From the NCBI GenBank assembly GCA_964493715.1, contig CAZBPC010000019.1:1-12614 (forward strand): a DNA stretch of 12,614 nucleotides. The letters run 5' to 3'. Below the pieces are notes generated by a model. That model was not told the origin of the DNA, did no database searches, and saw only the letters and a program-made list of their open reading frames with translations. Every line of letters begins with the position of its first letter. Within the stretch, counting starts at the first letter, position 1. The position numbers were made by a program, and so were the translations under genes. Below are positions 7,384-12,614 of the stretch, piece by piece. Source of the stretch: an uncultured archaeon. GTDB lineage: Archaea; Asgardarchaeota; Lokiarchaeia; Sigyniarchaeales; SOKP01.

Positions 7384-9552
7384 ATGGCACGAAAGAAAGA
7401 TAAGAAAATTCACGAAGAACCAACACGGGGTTATGGTTGGGATGCCTCTGAAGCAAAGGAAGAAAAAATCGCTGAAGGATTAAAACGTTCACAAATGGAT
7501 GATGGAAAGGTCACTTTGATTGATAGAGATCTATCAACTCCCGTGATTGAAACTTATGATGCTGATACTGGCGCTTTAGAAGGGTCCATCTTATTAAAAG
7601 ATGGAAATCGTGAGGGTTTATTAGGTTTAGTAAAGATTGTTGAAAATGTAAGTGTAGAATTAGATCATGACTCTAACATTGAAACTATGAACTTTCAAGG
7701 AAATCTAAACATAGAAAATCCCAGTAAGAAAGATAGAATCTGGGATATTGACATCACGCTTAAAAATATTGATAAGACCGATTTAGCTTCAGAAAATATT
7801 AAAATCCGAGAATTGGGTACTGACGATGCAACAAATGTTGAAACTCACAAATTTCAGATTAAAGCTGAAGTTCCTAATCTACTTTTAGTAAAAGAATACG
7901 TTAATACCCTCCCAAATGCAGATGATGTTTTAACTGTGAAGGATATTGAAGCAGATCTGGGAAAATTAAAAAATAAAACGAGTAAAGCGGGTTCTAAGGT
8001 AAAAGCTATAGTTAAAGAAGAAGAGGAAGAAGAGGAAGAAGAGGAAGAAGAGGAAGAAGAACCAGAAGAAGATGAAACTTATCCCGATGGAGGAACGAAT
8101 GCATCAGAATATTCCTTAGAATCATTTGGAATCTCCATTGATAAAGAGAACGTAGTTTGGTTTGCAATTGGGTTACGCTCTATGTTTGAAAAAGTGATAT
8201 CTAACGTTAAAATAGTTAAGTCAATCCCATCCGATTTCAAAGGAACAATGATTAGGAACACTTCTGTAGGACGCGCAGATGTGAAAGGTGATAAGGTAGT
8301 ATGGACTATCGATAAATTAGAACCAGATCGTACGGCTGTTTTGAAGTTTACAAGCAGTATCACTGTATCTGATATAGCAGCCCGAAATACAGGTCCAATT
8401 GAGATTACATACCAAGGATCCTCGTCATTTGCCGGAGGTTTAGATATTGATAAATATGATGCTTATACTCGAAACCGATTCTATGTTGATACAGTAGAAC
8501 TTGATGCAGAGCCAGGGAAATGGGATTGCAAATTAGTATTTGAAAATGCATCTGAATTTATTATTCAATTATTTAATGCGGATGTATACTCCCCTGATGA
8601 TGAAAAAACCAAATTTGTAGATATTGATCCAAATGACGTCTCACTCCTTCCTGCAGGCGCACAATGGCACTCTAACAAATGGAAGTTCGAATCTGAAGAA
8701 TATCCTGCTTTTAGAAAGAAACTTGAGTTCAGAGTCATGCCTGATTTTCAAACTCTTGTTAATGGTTCAACAACTATCTCAGATGTTATTTTAGAAATTG
8801 CCAGCATGACAGGAACTATGTCTTATGATATTGATCAAGTACCTACTTACAAGGAGAAAGATCTTATTGCCACGCTTAAAATTGTAAACAATGGCTCTGC
8901 TCCATTAAATGAAGTAAAGGTCACCCAACAGTATTTCACTGACGAATTTCAACCTCCAAAAGCTAATGAAATTAAGTTATTATGGAATGAAAGTGAACTT
9001 GAATTAGGTTCTAATGCTGTTTCTTTTGATGGGAACGTATTTAAAATCTCATTAAAGGACTTGAGAAATTCAGAAACAGGAATGTTCCAACCAGAATCCA
9101 GTTTACAATTTGAATATCCAATCCATTGTGTGAATCCTGTCCAAGATGCGAAGTTTGAGTCAGAAATAATCTATAACGCCAATACTTTTCCTATGTCTTC
9201 TGAATTAGAATTTATACCTGAAGTACCTGTTGTAGAAGCACTTCACTTGAGAAGAAGATTCAGAATTGGAAAAGAAGTTGTGCCTATTGGTAAATTAGGA
9301 CATTATAAGATTATTTTATTAGTAGAAAACATTGGTACAGCTGCTCTTCAGAACTTAGTTTTAATGGATAAAGTACCAGATAGTTTTGAATATGGTACTT
9401 ATTCGAAAAAACCAGAGATTACAGATGAAGTTGGAAGTGATACACTCAAATGGACGATCCAAAAGCTTGAAGCCGAAGAACGATTAGAAATCACATATGA
9501 GATAAACGGTACTGGCGAATATAGTCCCAGCGATGCTCAATTAGGATTATAA
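7384..9552 (+). CDS. Multi-beta-sandwich protein: mu-homology-domain-like N-terminal half plus DUF11/Ig-like repeats, with a poly-Glu insert
   Basis: This 722-aa ORF has no signal peptide or TM helix. C-terminal repeats match the DUF11 pattern (TLKIVNNGSAPLNEV; GKEV...YKIILLVENIGTAALQNLVLMDKVP...LKWTI..L...E...ITY). Residues ~82-360 follow mu-adaptin/delta-COP MHD motifs in order. The CDS itself is secure; the MHD call is by eye. Confidence 0.6.
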   Translation: MARKKDKKIHEEPTRGYGWDASEAKEEKIAEGLKRSQMDDGKVTLIDRDLSTPVIETYDADTGALEGSILLKDGNREGLLGLVKIVENVSVELDHDSNIETMNFQGNLNIENPSKKDRIWDIDITLKNIDKTDLASENIKIRELGTDDATNVETHKFQIKAEVPNLLLVKEYVNTLPNADDVLTVKDIEADLGKLKNKTSKAGSKVKAIVKEEEEEEEEEEEEEEEPEEDETYPDGGTNASEYSLESFGISIDKENVVWFAIGLRSMFEKVISNVKIVKSIPSDFKGTMIRNTSVGRADVKGDKVVWTIDKLEPDRTAVLKFTSSITVSDIAARNTGPIEITYQGSSSFAGGLDIDKYDAYTRNRFYVDTVELDAEPGKWDCKLVFENASEFIIQLFNADVYSPDDEKTKFVDIDPNDVSLLPAGAQWHSNKWKFESEEYPAFRKKLEFRVMPDFQTLVNGSTTISDVILEIASMTGTMSYDIDQVPTYKEKDLIATLKIVNNGSAPLNEVKVTQQYFTDEFQPPKANEIKLLWNESELELGSNAVSFDGNVFKISLKDLRNSETGMFQPESSLQFEYPIHCVNPVQDAKFESEIIYNANTFPMSSELEFIPEVPVVEALHLRRRFRIGKEVVPIGKLGHYKIILLVENIGTAALQNLVLMDKVPDSFEYGTYSKKPEITDEVGSDTLKWTIQKLEAEERLEITYEINGTGEYSPSDAQLGL
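8017..8061 (+). repeat. 9-bp tandem repeat (GAAGAAGAG)x4 + GAAGAAGAA encoding 15 consecutive Glu
   Basis: Read directly from the sequence; it is in frame in the 722-aa ORF (aa 212-226). Confidence 0.95.
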
Positions 9553-9566
9553 TTTTTTTTTTTTTT
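9553..9566 (+). terminator. T14 oligo-T terminator
   Basis: Fourteen consecutive T directly follow the TAA at 9550-9552. Confidence 0.7.
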
Positions 9567-9700
9567 ACTAATTTTATTAACACAAGGATTAAATATTTTT
9601 TAGATAACTTCTATATTTATAGATAAGTGGATTATTTATTTGTAATAGTAATTAAATTATAAGAAAAATTCTATAACCTCAATTATTATTTTTCATAATT

Positions 9701-11359
9701 ATGTCAACGTTAAAAAAGCGATTTAATTTAAAGTGGCTGTTTGAAGCTCCGGAAGCTGTACTAACGTGCTCTACTTTAAAATGCGATGAAAAGCGATTCT
9801 TTGTTTTTGGTGGACATGATAAAACGCTCTACTTGATGGATGATGAAATGCAAATATTAGATAGCGTTTCATTTGATGGATGGTGTCGTTGCAGTTATCC
9901 GATCGACATCACGGGTGATGGATGCGATGAGATATTAGTAGGAGCTGGTGATGGTAATTTTCTCGTTTTGAAATTAGTCAAAGGGATAAATAAACTAGCA
10001 ACCATAATGAATTATCGCTCTTCTGGGAAGATCTTGTGTGTAACTGCGGGAGATTTAACGAATGATGGGAATATCGAATTAATTCATTGTGGTGAAGACA
10101 AAACAGTAAAAATCTTTGATAATATTGATGCAATATCTCCTATACATGTATTATATTATGATTCTTGGGTGACTTCTTGTGCTTCTGGATGTTTAAAATT
10201 ATCTGACTTTAAAGATCCTCTCCAAGGATTAATTATAGGAACAAAGAATGGAATGTTACAAATGATACAAATAAAAGAAGGAACACCAGATATAATATGG
10301 AAACGAGAACTTGAATCCCAAATTAATGCTATTGACATTGGAGATGTAGTAAATAATGGGTATAATGATATTATTGTTGGCTCAGATGATTCAAAGATAA
10401 GAATTTATAATGCAGACGGAGAAGAACTTAATTCTATCGAAATTGAAAGCGGTCGACCGATTTCAATCCGAGTCGCCGATATAGATGGAGATAATGCCAA
10501 AGAAATCATTGTTGGTTGCTCAGATGGAACTTTACGTATATATCATAATCAACAAATAGACTCAAAAAACTTTGAACTGAAATGGAAAACTACTATATCA
10601 AATTCAATAAAAATTGTCTCTCCGATGTTGGATTCTGAGAGGGGTCTAATTTACATAATTTTTGGAGGGTATGATAGAAGTTTGAGGTGCGTTTCTGATT
10701 TTGAATGGGGAGAAAAACCAAAATTAGATGTACCCGATAAAATGGGTCCCATTAAAAGTGAAAAACCTAAAGCTATTGAAGAGGAATTAAAACCACCTGG
10801 AGAAAAAAAGACAGTTCCAACAAATCTTCGAGACTATATTTTTAAAATTTTAGATGAAACAAGGGTCATTGATGGAGTTACAAAAGAGTTAGAGAAGATT
10901 GGGTATTTAAAAGAAAATATAAAAAATGAATTTGAATTAATGAAAAATCAAAAACCTGGCACTTATGAGAAGATAACATATTCTTTATGGAGCCTTTCTG
11001 AAGAGGAAATTAGTCCTGGAGGAGTTATACAAGAACCAAAAGCTTTTGTTAATATTAAAACTGAAATTGTTGAAGAGACCACTTCAAAAGGAGCTGATTT
11101 GATTCGTGCATTACAAAAAGAAAAAGCACCAGATAAATCTGAAGAACAATTGAAAATTGACGAAAATCTCAGGTACATTATTATGCATAATCTCGAGAAA
11201 CTCAAATTGATTCCCACCAGAACAAAATTGATCAATGAAGTAACCATTTTAGGCTACAGTGAATCAGATGTTGAAGAACAAGTAGATTTGTTAAAAGAAC
11301 ATGGTATCATACAATATTCCAAGTCAAATCCCAAAGGTTGGCGATTAACACCCCAATAA
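9701..11359 (+). CDS. 7-bladed beta-propeller (FG-GAP/WD40-like; BBS2/ITFG2-like) with two C-terminal winged-helix-like repeats
   Basis: Seven blade motifs are visible: FGGHDKTLY, VGAGDGNFL, HCGEDKTVK, IGTKNGMLQ, VGSDDSKIR, VGCSDGTLR and FGGYDRSLR. Four are preceded by DxxxDG/NG-type acidic loops. A helical repeat occurs at aa ~375-432 and ~489-550. There is no signal peptide. Confidence 0.8.
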   Translation: MSTLKKRFNLKWLFEAPEAVLTCSTLKCDEKRFFVFGGHDKTLYLMDDEMQILDSVSFDGWCRCSYPIDITGDGCDEILVGAGDGNFLVLKLVKGINKLATIMNYRSSGKILCVTAGDLTNDGNIELIHCGEDKTVKIFDNIDAISPIHVLYYDSWVTSCASGCLKLSDFKDPLQGLIIGTKNGMLQMIQIKEGTPDIIWKRELESQINAIDIGDVVNNGYNDIIVGSDDSKIRIYNADGEELNSIEIESGRPISIRVADIDGDNAKEIIVGCSDGTLRIYHNQQIDSKNFELKWKTTISNSIKIVSPMLDSERGLIYIIFGGYDRSLRCVSDFEWGEKPKLDVPDKMGPIKSEKPKAIEEELKPPGEKKTVPTNLRDYIFKILDETRVIDGVTKELEKIGYLKENIKNEFELMKNQKPGTYEKITYSLWSLSEEEISPGGVIQEPKAFVNIKTEIVEETTSKGADLIRALQKEKAPDKSEEQLKIDENLRYIIMHNLEKLKLIPTRTKLINEVTILGYSESDVEEQVDLLKEHGIIQYSKSNPKGWRLTPQ

Positions 11360-11377
11360 ATTTATGCTCGGCTAATA

Positions 11378-11815
11378 TTAATTAGAAAAAAAAACTGGAA
11401 TCTCATCCTGAAATGGTGAAAACTGATCTAACTCCGTAAAATCCTTGTTCGAATATTTTGATATGAAAGATTCTATTATAGGTTCAGATTTCTCTAAGAA
11501 TTTCTTGACTAATTTATCTTGATCTTTTTTCCTTTTATCTGTAAGCCCGTATAAAATTATAGTTTCTGCACAATTACAGTCTGAAGCTTTAATTTCACGT
11601 GGTTTAAAAATGAACAAGATATTTTTTGATTCTAAATACTCTAACGATATGTTATTGAAAGCATTTTTAGCGAACGTATTGATGGCAGAAATAAATGCAC
11701 CTCTTAAATCCTTATTTGGATCTTTTGAACCTTTGGATTCTGGAATCTCCTTAAATATATACTTAACTAAAATAAATCCGCGGAATACAATTCCGAGTTC
11801 ATATAATTCTTTCAT
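11378..11815 (-). CDS. Standalone longin-like domain protein (Asgard type)
   Basis: It shows the beta-beta-alpha-beta-beta-beta-alpha-alpha pattern: LYELGIVFRGFILVKY, DLRGAFISAINTFAKNAF (typical LxSGFxSAIxxFA helix), LEYLE..ILFIF..IILYGLTD and FISKY...FSPFQDEI. Confidence 0.75.
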   Translation of the reverse strand: MKELYELGIVFRGFILVKYIFKEIPESKGSKDPNKDLRGAFISAINTFAKNAFNNISLEYLESKNILFIFKPREIKASDCNCAETIILYGLTDKRKKDQDKLVKKFLEKSEPIIESFISKYSNKDFTELDQFSPFQDEIPVFFSN

Positions 11816-11992
11816 TTTAGGATTCGAATATGTAAAAGTTAAAATTGATCAAAAATAACTATAATCCTAATAAAAATTTTCATATTTAACTATCAACTTA
11901 TCTAAAAGATACAATTTATTTCTTTATACCTAATTTAATCGCATTATTAGGGCATTTGGTATACATAATCCACAATAAAAATAAAGATCTGA

Positions 11993-12007
11993 GAAAAAGT
12001 TTAAATT
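11993..12007 (+). promoter_or_regulatory. Putative BRE + TATA box
   Basis: GAAAAAG-TTTAAATT matches the archaeal BRE/TATA arrangement. A second TATA-like element (TTTTATAA, ~12109-12116) lies ~30 nt before ATG 12143. Confidence 0.4.
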
Positions 12008-12142
12008 TTTATCTATAAAGAAATTAAACTTCTCCGCTATAGGTGATTTGATCATATGTTGCTTCTCTCTCATTATGATTGCTTAAATTAGTGGAATGAT
12101 TTAATAATTTTTATAATAAATGTTGTAATCTTTTAATCAATT

Positions 12143-12614
12143 ATGATTGTTCATAAAGAAGAAATATTGGAAAAAGCATATCAACTCGGGAAAACTTATG
12201 AGAAAAAATGTACAGGGTGTGCCCAAACTGCTATAGCTGCAACTTTTGAAGCCCTTGGCATTTGGAATGAGGATGTCTTTTTAGCGGCAAGTGGATTAGC
12301 AGATGGATTAGGATTAACTGGAGATGGTTCTTGTGGAGCTCTTGTGGGGGGTTCCATGGTTATCGGATATCTATTTGGTCGTGGAAAGGATGATTTTGAA
12401 GATATGAATAAACCAATGAAAGCTTACACCTTGGTTAAGAAATTACATGATAAGTACGTTAAAATTTATGGATCATGTCGTTGTCATGATGTGCAAAACA
12501 AATTAGTTGGTAGAACTTTCAATTTATGGAGTGCAGAGGAATTAAAGGAAGCATTCAAGTCAGGAATGATGGAGCATTGTTCTGAACTTGTGGGAAATAT
12601 TGCTCGTCTCACCA
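12143..12614 (+). CDS. C-GCAxxG-C-C family putative redox protein (3'-truncated by window edge; missing from ORF track)
   Basis: Manual translation gives MIVHKEEILEKAYQLGKTYEKKCTGCAQTAI...ASGLADGLGLTGDGSCGALVGG...YGSCRCHDVQ...EHCSELVGNIARLT. All four family Cys motifs are present and the frame is open to the window end. Confidence 0.88.
   Translation, partial: MIVHKEEILEKAYQLGKTYEKKCTGCAQTAIAATFEALGIWNEDVFLAASGLADGLGLTGDGSCGALVGGSMVIGYLFGRGKDDFEDMNKPMKAYTLVKKLHDKYVKIYGSCRCHDVQNKLVGRTFNLWSAEELKEAFKSGMMEHCSELVGNIARLT

Noticed and set aside
7384-9552. S-layer or adhesin assignment based on DUF11-like repeats
   Set aside because: There is no signal peptide, lipobox or C-terminal membrane anchor, and the N-terminus is highly charged.
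8079-11858. Antisense ORFs 8079-8363, 10156-10338, 10963-11247 and 11610-11858
   Set aside because: They are shadows of longer opposite-strand genes with no independent evidence.
12143-12614. Possible selenocysteine in the C-GCAxxG-C-C protein
   Set aside because: All motif positions are TGT (Cys), and there is no in-frame TGA in the visible part.
1-12614. tRNA/rRNA genes, CRISPR arrays, IS elements, integrases
   Set aside because: I saw no GC-rich structured RNA segments, regularly spaced direct repeats, terminal inverted repeats or transposase/integrase motifs.

Overview
This AT-rich archaeal window is most consistent with an Asgard (Lokiarchaeia-like) genome. That assignment is inferred from a standalone longin protein, AGGTGA ribosome-binding sites, BRE/TATA-like promoters and oligo-T terminators. 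The left half is metabolic: a 5'-truncated metallophosphoesterase; a minus-strand run of class-III PLP aminotransferase, secernin-like C69 hydrolase and a degenerate IorB-like protein; dihydrolipoamide dehydrogenase divergent from a class-II (MOFRL) glycerate kinase; and a small Zn-ribbon gene. The right half is the most interesting part, with three adjacent genes for apparently cytoplasmic proteins that resemble eukaryotic membrane-trafficking parts. These are a 722-aa beta-sandwich protein whose N-terminal half aligns by eye with a mu-homology domain (mu-adaptin/delta-COP), a 7-bladed BBS2/ITFG2-like beta-propeller with two winged-helix-like repeats, and a convergent standalone longin. The window ends in a 3'-truncated C-GCAxxG-C-C redox protein that the ORF track missed. 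I saw no RNA genes, CRISPR arrays or mobile elements. All homology calls come from motif recognition, not database searches.
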